A stretch of DNA of 64,000 nt. Source: Prorocentrum cordatum. Taxonomy: Eukaryota. The notes beneath the pieces were generated by a model. That model had not been told where the DNA came from, made no database searches, and saw only the letters and a list, made by a program, of their open reading frames with translations. Position numbers and translations under genes: made by a program. Where the stretch lies: positions 1 through 64,000 of the forward strand of contig CAUYUJ010000023.1 of the NCBI GenBank assembly GCA_963575745.1, in the 5' to 3' direction. Numbering within the stretch: the stretch's first letter is position 1; every line of letters starts with the position of its first letter. Shown here in pieces: positions 1-12,470 of the stretch.

Positions 1-479
1 CCGACCCGACGAAAAGAGACAATGTGATAACTTTGAGTCGGCTTTCTGAACTTTTTGCAGAGTTTTGAAATTCATTTTAAGAAAAAAGATTTTTGAGCGG
101 TGAATAACAATATAAATTGAATTCTGAGAGCAGAAGGAGTCTGTAGCCCATGTATTACTATCGAAAAATTTCCAGGAACAAACCATGTACCACCACTTTT
201 GCAGATGACGGTGGTTTCGTCAACTTAACTTGAGCTGTAGGCAGGCTATGGATGTCTCTCGCACACGAGGCGATCCTGAATGATCTGACGCATTCCAGTG
301 GAAGTGCGAGGGTCTTCAAAAATAGTTGCCTCAGGAGATATGGGCGGAACACCGTCTCTACGTGTGTCGAAAAATCTCAAGTTTTCGATTCTGTGTCGAT
401 TCTCTGCACTCTTACCAGTGAGAGGAGCTCTACGAGGTTCCCGGCGGTGACTAGGTTGACGGTTCACCGCCGGCGCCAG

Positions 480-877
480 TACCTCGTAGAGCTCTTCGTT
501 ATCGATGAGCTAGAGGAATTCCGGCGCGGGTGGAGCTAGTTGACCGACCCGGCCAGAAAGGACAAAGTGGTAACTTTTGGGTGGTTTTGCAATTTTTTGA
601 AAGATATTTGACCATTCATTTTGAGAAAGCAGATTTTTACTCCGAGCATTGGCATATAAACTTTGTTCCCTGAGCAGCTCAGCTCTCTAGAGCAATTTTC
701 AGTTCCAGTTCACTTGGAGCAACCGACCACATGTTGAATCCGAAAAAATCTCAAGTTGAAGATTTATAGAAACACCCAAAGAAGCTCTTCGCTTTCATCC
801 TGAGCTGCCTCGCGGATGCAATGAGCTCTACGAGGTTCCCGGCGGTGACCAGGTTGACGGTTCACCGCCGGCGCCAG
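480..877 (+). mobile_element. Intact family A element (~400 bp)
   Basis: Starts TACCTCGTAGAGCTC and ends GAGCTCTACGAGGTTCCCGGCGGTGACCAGGTTGACGGTTCACCGCCGGCGCCAG. Head-to-tail with neighbouring A copies at 479/480 and 877/878. Confidence 0.85.
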
Positions 878-1219
878 TACCTCGTGGAGCTCTTCGGCAT
901 CGATGAGCTAGAGGAATTCCGGCGCGGGGTGAGCTAGTACCTCGTAGAGCTCTTCGTTATCGATGAGCTAGAGGAATTCCGGCGCGGGGTGGAGCTAGTA
1001 ACTCGTAACTCGCAGAGCTTCCCTTAGCTAGTTATAGCTGGAAGCTAAGAGTAACTCGTAGAGCTTCCCTAAGCTAGTTATAGCTGGAAGCTAAGAGTAA
1101 TTCCGGCGCGCCGGAGAGCTAGTTGGCTCGAAAAAAAAGAACTGAACTTTTCACAACTTTTGGTCGGTTGAAAATTATGTTCTCGAAATTTGACCATTCG
1201 TACCTCGTTAGAGCTCTAG

Positions 1220-1618
1220 TACCTCGTAGAGCTCTTTGTTATCGATGAGCTAGAGGAATTCCGGCGCGGGGTGGAGCTAGTTGGTCCACCCGGCAGAGGC
1301 GGACAATGTGATAACTTTTGGGTGGTTTTGTAATTTTTTGAAAGATATTTGACAATTCATTTTGAGAAAGCAGATTTTTACTCCGAGCATTGAGATATAA
1401 ACTTCGTTCCCTGAGCAGCTCAGCTCTCTAGAGTGATTTTCAGTACCAGTTCACTTGGAGCAACCGACTTCATGTTGACTCCGAAAATTATCAACTTGAT
1501 TTTTTCTGTAGAAAAGCTCCCAGAAGCTTCCGCTTCGATGCTGAGCTTGCTCATGGATTCAAGGAGCTCTACGAGGTTCCCGGCGGTGACCAGGTTGACG
1601 GTTCACCGCCGGCGCCAG
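1220..1618 (+). mobile_element. Intact family A element inserted in a family B element
   Basis: Removing it restores GAGCTCTAG|TATTTTTTCCCGTG, seen uninterrupted in many B copies (e.g. ~3285, ~5645). Confidence 0.85.
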
Positions 1619-1724
1619 TATTTTTTCCCGTGATATTCGATCTTATTCCCGCTCGCCATCTTGATCTCAGCTCGATCGGGTAACTTTGAAGGCCAAAAAG
1701 CACACTGGCGGGATCGGCCGTTTC

Positions 1725-2800
1725 GAGTCATCTTGATACACGCTGTCGGTATTTTGTACTTAACTCGAGCTTGAGGACAGCTACAGAGCTGGTAAGCACA
1801 GCTATCGCACTCAGAATCATCAGGCGCGTTCGCCTGTTGAATCCAGAGGTCTGAACTCGGTCTGCCAGCCGAGCTAGGTCCGCAAACCTATTGGTATTAT
1901 TCGAGTCAACTTGATACGCGTTGTCGGTATTTTCTACTTTACTTGAGCTGTAGGGTAGCTACAGTGCTCGTAAGCACACCTATCGCACTCAGAATGATCA
2001 GGCGCGTTTGTCCCTCGAATCCATAGGTCTGAACTCGGTCTACTAGCCGAGCTAGGTTTGCAAACCTATTCGTATTATTCGAGTCAACTTGATACGCTTT
2101 GTCGGTATTTTCTATTTAACTCGAGCTTTAGGGAGCTACAGTGCTGGTAAGCACACTTATCGCACTCAAAATCATTAGGCGCGTTCGCCTGTCCAATCGA
2201 TAGGTCTGACCTCGGTCTGCTAGCCGAGCTAGGTCCGCAAACCTATTCGTACTATTCGAGTCAACTTGATACGCGTGGTGGGTATTTTATACTTAATTCG
2301 AGCTCCAGGGCAGCTACAGTGCTGGTAAGCACACTATCGCACTCAGAATCATCAGGTGCGTTCGCCTCTTGACTCCAGAGGTCCGAACTCTGTCTGCTAG
2401 CCGAGCTAGGTCTGCAAATCTATTCGTATTATTCGAGTCATCTTGACAAACGATCTCGGTATTTTCTGTACTTAACTCGAGCTGTAGGCAGCTACAGAGC
2501 CTACAGTCACAGAAATCGATTGAGAATCATCGGGCGCGTTTGTCTGTTGTATCGAGAGCTCTGAACTCGGCCTGCTGCCCGAGCTAGGCCGCGAAACTAT
2601 TCGCATTGTCCGAATCATCGTGAAAAGTGCTCTCCATTTTCTGCACTGAACTCGTGCTGGGTGAGGGCTGCAGTGCTGCGGGTCATAGAAATCGATTTGC
2701 ACATATCAGGCGCGTTCGTTGGTCGATTCGAGAGCTCAAAACTTGGTCTGCTGCTCGAAACAGGTTTGCGAAACTATTATATCATTCGATATGAGTTGGA
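1725..2800 (+). repeat. 178-bp tandem array inside a family B element (~6 units)
   Basis: Repeating unit CTTGATACGCGTTGTCGGTATTTT...AAACCTATTCGTATTATTCGAGTCAA. Confidence 0.85.
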
Positions 2801-5492
2801 ATGTTGGTAGCTGCTCTCGGTTTTCTCAACTTAGAGCTTGGAAGCTCTACGAGTTCCCCGGCGGTAACCAAGGTTGACGGTTTACCGCCGGCGCCCAGTT
2901 CCGGAGCGCTGGAGAGCTAGTTGGCAAGAAAAATCTCGACGGACCTTTTGCTGACTTTTGGTCGGTTGAAAATTTTGTTCTCAAAATTTGACAATTCGTT
3001 AGAGCTCTAGTATTTTTCCCATGATATTCGATCTTATTCCCGCTCGCCATCTTGATCTCAGCTCGATCGGGTAACTTTGAAGGCCAAAAAGCAGGGGGGC
3101 GGGAACGGCCGTTTCGAGTCATAAAAAACTCGTAGAGCTTCACTCTAGCTTAGTTATAGCTGGAAAGAAGCTAAGAGTAATTCCGGCGCGCCCCACAGCT
3201 AGTTGGCTCGAAAAAAAAGAACTGAACTTTTCACAACTTTTGCTCGGTTGAAAATTATTTTCTCGAAAATTGACCATTCGTTAGAGCTCTAGTATTTTTT
3301 CCCGTGATATTAGATCTTATTCCCGCTCGCCATCTTGATCTCAGCTCGATCGGGTAACTTTGAAGGCCAAAAAGCACACTGGCGGGAACGGCCGTTTCAA
3401 GTCATCTTGATACGCGCTGTAGCTATTTTGTTCTTAACTCGAGCTTGAGGACAGCTACAGAGCTGGTAAGCACAGCTATCGCACTCAGAATCATCAGGCG
3501 CGTTCGCCTGTTGAATCCAGAGGTCTGAACTCGGTCTGCCAGCCGAGCTAGGCCCGCAAACCTATTTGTATTCTTTGAGTCAACTTGATACGCGTTGTCG
3601 GTATTTTCTACTGAACTCGGCTGTAGGGCAGCTACAGTGCTGGTAAGCACGCCTATCGCACTCAGAATTATCAGGCGCGTTTGCCTGTCGACTCCATAGG
3701 TCTGAACTCGGTCTGCTAGTCGAGCTAGGTCCGCAAACCTATTCGTATTATTCGAGTCAACCTGATACGTGTTGTCGGTGTTTTCTGCTTAACTCGAGCT
3801 GTAGGGCAGCTACAGTGCTGGTTAGCACAGCTATCGCACTCAGAATCATCAGGCGCGTTTGCCTGACGAATACATAGGTTTGAACTCGGTCTGCTAGCCG
3901 AGCTACGTGCGCAAACCTATTCGTATTATCCGATTCAACTTGATACGCGTGGTGGGTATTTTGTACTTATTCCGAGCTGCAGGGCAGCTACAGTGCTGGT
4001 TAGCACGCCTATCGCACTCAGAATCATCAGGGGTGTTCGTCCGCCTGTTGGATCCAGAGCTCGGAACTCGGTCTGCTGTCCAAATTAGATCGGCACAACT
4101 TCTATATTGTTCGAGTCATTCTCAAAAGTGCTGTCGGTTTCTGCACCTAACTCGGGCCTGTAGGGGGGCGGCAGGGCTGGTGACAGAAGTCGATTCGAAG
4201 ACATCAGACGCGTCCACCTGTCGCATTCAGAGGTCAACAAATATTTACTATAAGTCGGAATGTTGGATGCGCGGTTTTCTCAACTAACATCAAGGTAGGA
4301 AGCTCTACGAGTCCCCGGCGGTAACAAAGGTTGACGGTTTACCGCCGGCGCCCAGTAATTCCGGGGAGCTGGAGAGCTAGTTGGCAAGAAAAATCTCGAC
4401 GGACCTTTTGGTGACTTTTGGTCGGTTGAAAATTTTGTTCTCGAAATTTGACAATTCGTTAGAGCTCTAGTATTTTTTCCCATGATATTCGATCTTATTC
4501 CCGCTCGCCATCTTGATCTCAGCTCGATCGGGTAACTTTGAAGGCCAAAAAGCACACGGGCGGGAACGGCCGTTTCAAGTCATCTTGATAGGCGCTGTCG
4601 GTTTTCTCAAGATAACTCGAGCTTCAGGACACCTACAGAGCTGGTCAGCACAGCTAATGCGTTCAGAATGATCAGGCGCGTTCGCCTGTTGAATCAAGAG
4701 GTCTGAACTCGGTCTGCTAGCCGAGCTAGGATCGCAAACCTATTCGTATTATTCGAGTCATTCTAGCAGACGCTCTCGGTTTTTCGTACTTAACTCGATC
4801 TATAGAGCAGCCACAGAGCTCATACTAACAGAAATCGATTGAGAATTTTCAGGCGCGTTCGTCTGTTGCATCAAGAGCTCTGAAATCGGCCTTCTCCCCG
4901 AGCTAGGTTCGCGAACCCATTCGTATTGTTCGAGTCATCTTGAGAAGTGCTCTCGGTTTTCTGTACATAATCGTGCTGGGGAGGGTTATAGCTCTGCTGG
5001 TCACAGGAATCGATTTCGAGACATCAGGCGCGTCCGTTCGTCGAACCGATCGCTCGAAACTCGGTCTGGTGCTCGAACGAAATCTGCGAAACTGTTGTAT
5101 TCGAGTCATCCTGAGAGGTACTCTCGGTTTTCTGCACTTGACTCATACTGTATGGGCTGCAGAGCTGGTAATCACAGAAATCGATCCGCAGACATGAGAC
5201 ACGTCCGCCTGTCGCATTCAGAGGTCTGAACTCGGTTTCATACTCGAGCTCGTTGGAAAACTGTTTGTTTGTTTTGTTAGAGTCATCTTTGGAGGTCATA
5301 ATCGGGCTGAAAAACTGGTTGTTCTCTGAAATTCGTTCCACATTATATATTGTCAGGAAGCTCTACGAGTCCCCCGGCGGTAAGAAAGGTTGACGGTTTA
5401 CCGTCGGCGCCCAGTAGAGCTTCCCTTAGCTAGTTATAGCTGGAAGCTTAAGAGTAATTCCGGGGAGCTGGAGAGCTAGTTGGCAAGAAAAA

Positions 5493-6732
5493 TAACTCGT
5501 AGAGCTTCCCTTAGCTAGTTATAGCTGGAAGCTAAGAGTAATTCCGGCGCGCTGGAGAGCTAGTTGGCAAGAAAAATCTCGACGGAACTTTTGGTGACTT
5601 TTGCTCGGTTGAAAATTTTGTTCTCGAAATTTGACCATTCGTTAGAGCTCTAGTATTTTTTCCCGTGATATTCGATCTTATTCCCGCTCGCCATCTTGAT
5701 CTCAGCTCGATCGGGTAACTTTGAAGGCCAAAAAGCACGGTGGCGGGAACGGCCGTTTCGAGTCATCTTGATATGCGCTGACGGTTTTCTGAACATAACT
5801 CGAGCTCTAGGGCAGCTACAGAGCTGGTAAGCACAGCTAATGCATGCAGAATGATCAGGCGCGTTCGCCTGTTGAACCCAGAGGTCTGAACTCGGTCTGT
5901 CAGCCGAGCTAGGTCCGCAAACCTGTTTGTATTATTCGAGTCAAGTTGGTACACGTTGTCGGTATTTTCTACTTAACTCGAGCTGTAGGGCAGCTACAGT
6001 GCTGGTAAGCACTCGTATCGCACTCAGAATGATCAGACGCGTTCGTCTGTTGAATCCGTAGGTCTAAACTCGGTCTGCTAGCCGAGCTAGGTCCGCAAAC
6101 CTATTCGTATTATTCGAGTCAACTTGATACGCGTTGTCGGTATTTTCTACTTAACTCGAGCTGTAGGGCAGCTACAGTGCTGGTAAGCACGCGTATCGCA
6201 TTCAGAATCATCAGGCGCGTTCGCCTGTTGAATCCAGAGCTCTGAACTCGGTCTGCTAGCCGAGCTAGGTCCGCAAACCTATTCGTATTATTCGAGTCAA
6301 CTTGATACGCGTTGTCGGTATTTTCTATTTAACTCGAGCTTTAGGGCAGCTACAGTGCTGGTAAGCACACCTACCGCACTCAGAATCATCAGGCGCTTTC
6401 GGCTGTTGAATCGAGAGCTCTGAACTCGGTCTGCTGCGCGATCCAGAATCACGAAACTGTTCGTATTCTTCCAGTCATCTTGAGAGCTACTGTCGGCGTT
6501 CTGCACTTAATTCGGGCTGTAGGGAGGCTACAGGGCGGGTAATCAATGGGATCGATTCGGCGACATCAGACGCGCCCGTCTGTCGCATTCAGAGGTCTGA
6601 ACTCAGTCTGATACTCGAGTTCGGCTCAAAAACTATTCGTTCTCTGCAATTTTTTCGACAGTATATGTTGTCAGGAAGCTCTACGAGTCCCCCGGCGGTA
6701 ACAAAGGTTGACGGTTTACCGCCGGCGCCCAG
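5493..6732 (+). mobile_element. Intact family B element (~1.24 kb) with internal 178-bp array
   Basis: TAACTCGTAGAGCTTCC ... GGAAGCTCTACGAGT + hairpin + CGCCCAG. Empty site GGCAAGAAAAA|TCTCGACGG. Equivalent unit positions at 5941, 6119 and 6297 give a 178-bp period. Confidence 0.85.
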
Positions 6733-6914
6733 TCTCGACGGACCTTTTGGTGACTTTTGGTCGGTTGAAAATTTTGTTCTCGAAATTTGACCATTCGTTA
6801 GAGCTCTAGTATTTTTTCTCATGATATTCGATCTTATTCCCGCTCGCCATCTTGATCTCAGCTCGATCGGGTAACTTTGAAGGCCAAAAAGCAGGCAGGC
6901 GGGAACGGCCATTT

Positions 6915-8340
6915 CGAGTCATCTTGATACGTGCTGTCGGTATTTTGTACTTAAGTCGAGCTGTAGGGCAGCTACAGTGCTGGTAAGCACAGCTATCGCA
7001 CTCAGAATCATTAGGCGCGTTCGCCTGTTCAATCCAGAGGTCTGAACTCGGTCTGCTACCCGAGCTAGGTCCGCAAACCTATTCGTATTATTCGAGTCAA
7101 CTTGATATGCGCTGTCGGTATTTTGTACTTAACCCGAGCTGTAGGGCAGCCACAGTGTCTGTAAGCACACCTATCGCACTCAGAATCATCAGGCGCGTCC
7201 GCCTATTCAATCCAGAGGTCCGAACTCGGTCTGCTACCCGAGCTAGGGTCGCAAACCTATTCGTGTTATTCCAGTCAACTTGATAGCGTTGTCGGTATTT
7301 TCTGCTAACTCGAGGTCTAGGGCAGCTACAGTGCTGGTAAGCACAGCTATCGCACTCAGAATCATCAGGCGCGTTCGCCTGTTCAATCCAGAGGTCTGAA
7401 CTCGGTCTGCTACTCGAGCTAGGTCCGCAAACCTATTCGTATTATTCGAGTCAACTTGATACGCGTTGTCGGTATTTCCTACTTAACTCGAGGTGTAGGG
7501 CAGCTACAGTGCTGGTAAGCACGCCTATCGCACCCAGAATCATCAGGCGCGTTCGCCTGTCGAATCCAGAGGTCTGAACTCGGTCTGCTAGCCGAGCTAG
7601 GTCCGCAAACCTATTCGTATTATTCGAGTCAACTTGATACGTGTTGTCGGTATTTTCTGCTTAACTCGAGGTCTAGGGCAGCTACAGTGCTGGTAAGCAC
7701 AGCTATCGCACTCAGAATCATCAGGCGCGTTCGCCTGTTCAATCCAGAGGTCTGAACTCGGTCTGCTATCCGAGCTAGGTCCGCAAACCTATTCGTATTA
7801 TTCGAGTCATCTTGACAGACGCTCTCGGTTTTCTGTACTTAACTCGAGCTGTAGGGCAGCTAGAGGGCTCATTGTCACAGACATCGATGGGGAATCATCA
7901 GTCGCGTTCGTCTACTGAACCGAGAGCTCTGAACTCGGCCTGCTGCCCGAGCTAGATTTGCGAAACTATTCGTATTGTTGAATGATCTTGAGAAGTGCTC
8001 TCTGTCTTCTGCACTTAACTCGTGTTTGGGCCGGCTACAGTGCTGCGGGTCACATATATCGATTTGCACACATCAGGCGTGTTTGTCGATCGATTCCAGA
8101 GCTCGGAACTCGGTCTGCTGCTCGAACTAGATCGGGAAAACTATTCTATTATTCGAGTCGATACTGTCGGTTTTCTGCACTTAACTCGGGCTGTAGGGGG
8201 GCTGCACGGCTGGGAATCACATGAGTGGATTGGCAGACATCAGACGCGGCCGCCTGTCGCATTCAGAGGTCTGAACTCGGTTTGATACCCGAACTCGGTT
8301 GCGAAACTGTTTGTTTTTTGTTAACTCTATCTTGATAGGT
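6915..8340 (+). repeat. 178-bp tandem array inside a family B element (~8 units)
   Basis: Homogeneous 5' units and divergent 3' units. Confidence 0.85.
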
Positions 8341-9769
8341 CTCAAATCGCTTGGGCTGAAAAACTAGTCGTTCTTTGGAGTTTTTTCCCACACTTTATAT
8401 TTTCAGGAAGCTCTACGAGTCCCCCGGCGGTAAGAAAGGTTGACGGTTTACCGCCGGCGCCCAGTTGGCCCAGCCGGCCGAGGCGGACAATGTGGCAACT
8501 TTTGGGTGGTTTTGTAATTTTTTGAAAGATATTTGACAATTCATTTTGAGAAAGCAGATTTTTACTCCGAGCATTGAGATATAAACTTCGTTCCCTGAGC
8601 AGCTCAGCTCTCTAGAGTGATTTTCAGTACCAGTTCACTTGGAGCAACCGACTTCATGTTGACTCCGAAAAATCTCAACTTGATTTTTTCTGTAGAAAAG
8701 CTCCCAGAAGCTTCCGCTTCGATGCTGAGCTTTCTCACGGATGCAAGGAGCTCTACGAGGTCCCCGGCGGTGACAGGTTGACGGTTCACCGCCGGCGCCA
8801 GTTGGCCGACCCGGCCAGAACGGACAAAGTGGTAACTTTTGGGTGGTTTTGCGAATATTTGAAAGATATTTGACCATTTATTTTGAGAAAGCAGATTTTT
8901 CGCACCTGTAGACGACTATGAGGGCCTCTGCGTCTTAATATGAGCTCTGTAGATGCGCTTTTACTATCAAAACACTTGGCGAAACCAACTTCATGTCGAC
9001 ATGGAAAAAATCACGTTTTCTTATTTTCGAGAAATGCTTCCAGAAGCCCTCTCTTTTGATGCTGAGCACTCTCACGCGTGCCAGGAGCTCTACGAGGTTC
9101 CCGGCGGTGTCCAGGTTGACGGTTTACCGCCGGCGCCAGTTGGCCGACCCGACCAAAAGAGACAATGTGTTAACCTGGGGTCGGTTTTTGGAACATTGTG
9201 CAAGATTTGACAATTCGTTTTCATAAGTTGGATTTTTCCTACCTACAATAAGCTATGGCGCATCTGCTGGTAAAATTTTCAGGGCTCTAGAAGCAATATT
9301 ACTATCAAAAGACTTGCGGAACCGACTTTGCCCGCAGTACAGTTTGGCAGGTGACGGTGGTTGGCTTTACTTAACTCGAGCTGTCAGCAATCTACAGACC
9401 TCTCACGCACACCAGTCGATGCAGAATGATCTGACGCGTCACACTGGAAGCTCGAGAGTTCCTAGAAATGGCTGAGTCAGGAGTTATGATCGAAATACCG
9501 TCTCTATGTATGCGTGTTGCGAACGGTGTTTCGATGATAATTCGAGCTGAGTGCATGCTATGCATGCCAGGTGCATTCCAATCGAAGCAGCGACATGCGA
9601 GACATCGAATGAGCCTCGAGAGTGCCCAAATTGATTAGAATTTTCAAAATTAATGAAAAATATCGATTTGTACAATTTTATATTTTTTGTGTCGGATGAT
9701 TTTTTTCTAATTTATATCGATCTATGGGTGACCTAGAGAGTTCTGGTGCATTTTTGTCGACGCAGAATG

Positions 9770-9798
9770 GTCTCGCGCTCTCACTGAGAGCGCGAGAC
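9770..9798. repeat. Perfect 13-bp-stem hairpin about 30 bp from an element junction
   Basis: GTCTCGCGCTCTC-ACT-GAGAGCGCGAGAC. A family A host resumes at ~9832 (TTGGTCCAGCCGG). Confidence 0.7.
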
Positions 9799-11444
9799 TT
9801 CATATGAATAGCTTCGCTGGGAGTGAGAACTTTGGTCCAGCCGGCCGAGGCGGACAATGTGACAACTTTTGGGTGGTTTTGCAATTTTTTGAAAGATATT
9901 TGACAATTCATTTTGAAAAAGCAGATTTTTACTCCGAGCATTGAGATATAAACTTCGTTCCCTGATCAGCTCGGCCATCTAGAGTCATTTTCAGTACCAG
10001 TTCACTTGAAGGAACCGACTTCATGTTGACTCCGAAAAAATCTCAACTTGAAGTTTTTGTAGAAAAGCTCCCAGAAGCTCCCGCTTTGATGCTGAGCTTT
10101 CTCACGGATTCAAGGAGCTCTACGAGGTTCCCGGCGGTGACCAGGTTGACGGTTCACCGCCGGCGCCAGTTCCGGAGCGCTGGAGAGCTAGTTGGCAAGA
10201 AAAATCTCGACGGACCTTTTGGTGACTTTTGGTCGGTTGAAAATTTTGTTCTCGAAATTTGACCATTCGTTAGAGCTCTAGTATTTTTTCCCGTGATATT
10301 CGATCTTATTCCCGCTCGCCATCTTGATCTCAGCTCGATCGGGTACCTTTTACTGCCAAAAAGCGTCCCGGCGGGAACGGCCGTTTCGAGTCATCTTGAT
10401 ACGCGTTGTCGGTATTTTGTACTTAACTCGAGCTGTAGGGCAGCTACAGAGCTGGTAAGCACACCTATCGCATTCAGAATTATCAGGCGCGTTCGCCTGT
10501 TGAATCCAGAGGTCTGAACTCGGTCTGCTAGCCGAGCTAGGTTCGCAAACCTATTCGCATTATTGGAGTCATCTTGACAGACGCTCTCGGTTTTCTTTAT
10601 TTAACTCGAGCTGTAGGGCAGCTACAGGGCTCATTGTCACAGACATCGATGGGAAATCACCATTCGCGTTCGTCTATTGAACCGAGAGCTCTGAACTCGG
10701 CCTGCTGCCTGAGCTAGGTTCGCGAAACTATTCGTATTGTCCGAATCATCTTGAAGAGTGCTCTCGATTTTCTGCACTCAACTCGTGCTGGGTAGGGCTA
10801 CAGTGCTGCGGGTCACAGATATCGATTTGCACACATCAGGCGCGTCTGTCTGTCGATTCCAGAGCTTGAAACTCGGTCTGCTGCTCAAACTAGGTCCGCA
10901 AAACTATTTTATTATTCGAGTCGATACTGCTGGTTTTCTGCACTTAACTCGGGCTGTAGGGGGGCTGCAGGGCTGGGAATCACATGAGTGGATTCGCAGA
11001 CATCAGACGGGCCCGCCTGTCGCATTCAGAGGTCTGAACTCGGTTTGATACTCGAACTGGATTGCGAAACTGTTTGTTCTTTGTTAGAGTCATCTTGAGA
11101 GGTGTGAAATCGCTTGGGCTGAAAAACTGGTCGTCCTTTGGAGTTTTTTTACACACTATTTACTGTCAGGAAGCTCTACGAGTCCCCCGGCGGTAAGAAA
11201 GGTTGACGGTTTACCGCCGGCGCCCAGTTCCGGCGCGCCCCAGAGCTTGGCGAAAATCTCGACGGAACTTTTCACAACTTTTGCTCGGTTGAAAATTTTG
11301 TTCTCGAAATTTGAACATTCGTTAGAGCTCTAGTATTTTTTCCCGTGATATTCGATCTTATTCCCGCTCGCCATCTTGATCTCAGCTCGATCGGGTAACT
11401 TTGAAGGCCAAAAAGCACGGTGGCGGGAACGGCCGTTTCGAGTC

Positions 11445-12470
11445 ACTTTTGACATGCGCTGTCGGTATTTTGTACTTAACTCGAGCTGTAGGGCAGCTAC
11501 AGAGCTGGCCAGCACAGCTATCGCACTCAGAATCAGCAGACGCGTTCGCCTGTTGAATCCAGAGGTCTGAACTCGGTCTGCCAGCCGAGCTAGGTCCGGA
11601 AACCTATTCGTATTATTCGAGTCAACTTGATACGCGTTGTCGGTATTTTCTACTTAACTCGAGCTGTAGGGCAGCTACAGTGCTGGTAAGCACGCCTATC
11701 GCTCGCAGAATGATCAGGCGCGGTCGCCTGTTGAATTCATAGGTCTAACTCGGTCTGCTAGGCGAGCTAGGTCCGCAAACCTATTCGTATTATTCGAGTG
11801 AACTTGATACGCGTTGTCGGTATTTTCTACTTAACTCGAGCTGTAGAGCAGCTACAGTGCTGGTAAGCACACCTATCGCACTCAGAATAATCAGGCGCGC
11901 TCGCCTGTTGAATCCATAGGTCTGAACTCGGTCTGCTAGGCGAGCTAGGTCCGCAAACCTATTCGTATTATTCGAGTCCACTTCATACGCGTTGTCGGTA
12001 TTTTCTACTTAACTCGCGCTGTAGGGCAGCTACAGTGCTGGTAAGCACACCTATCGCACTCAGAATAATCAGGCGCGTTCGCCTGTTGAATTCATAGATC
12101 TGAAATCGGTCTGTTAGCCGAGCTAGGTCCGCAAACCTATTCGTATTATTCGAGTCAACTTGATACGGTTCGTCGGTATTCTCTACTTAAATCGAGCTGT
12201 AGGGCAGCTACAGTGCTGGTAAGCACGCCTATCGCACTCAGAATAATCAGGCGCGTTCGCCTGTTGAATCCAGAGCTCTGAACTCGGTCTGCTGCGCGAT
12301 CGAGAATCACGAAACTGTTCGTATTCTTCCAGTCACCTTGAGAGCTACTGTCGGCGTTCTGCACTTAGCTCGGGCTGTAGGGGGGCTGCAGGGCAGGTAA
12401 TCAGAGGAATCGATTCGGAGACATCAGACGCCTCTGTCTGCTGCATTCAGAGGTCCGAACTCGGTCTGAT
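11445..12470 (+). repeat. 178-bp tandem array inside a family B element
   Basis: Same unit, ~6 copies. Confidence 0.8.

Noticed and set aside
480..877. Classical MITE (terminal inverted repeats with an AGT duplication)
   Set aside because: The right repeat is subterminal, and sites such as AAAAA|T and AA|T show that AG belongs to the element end rather than to a duplication.
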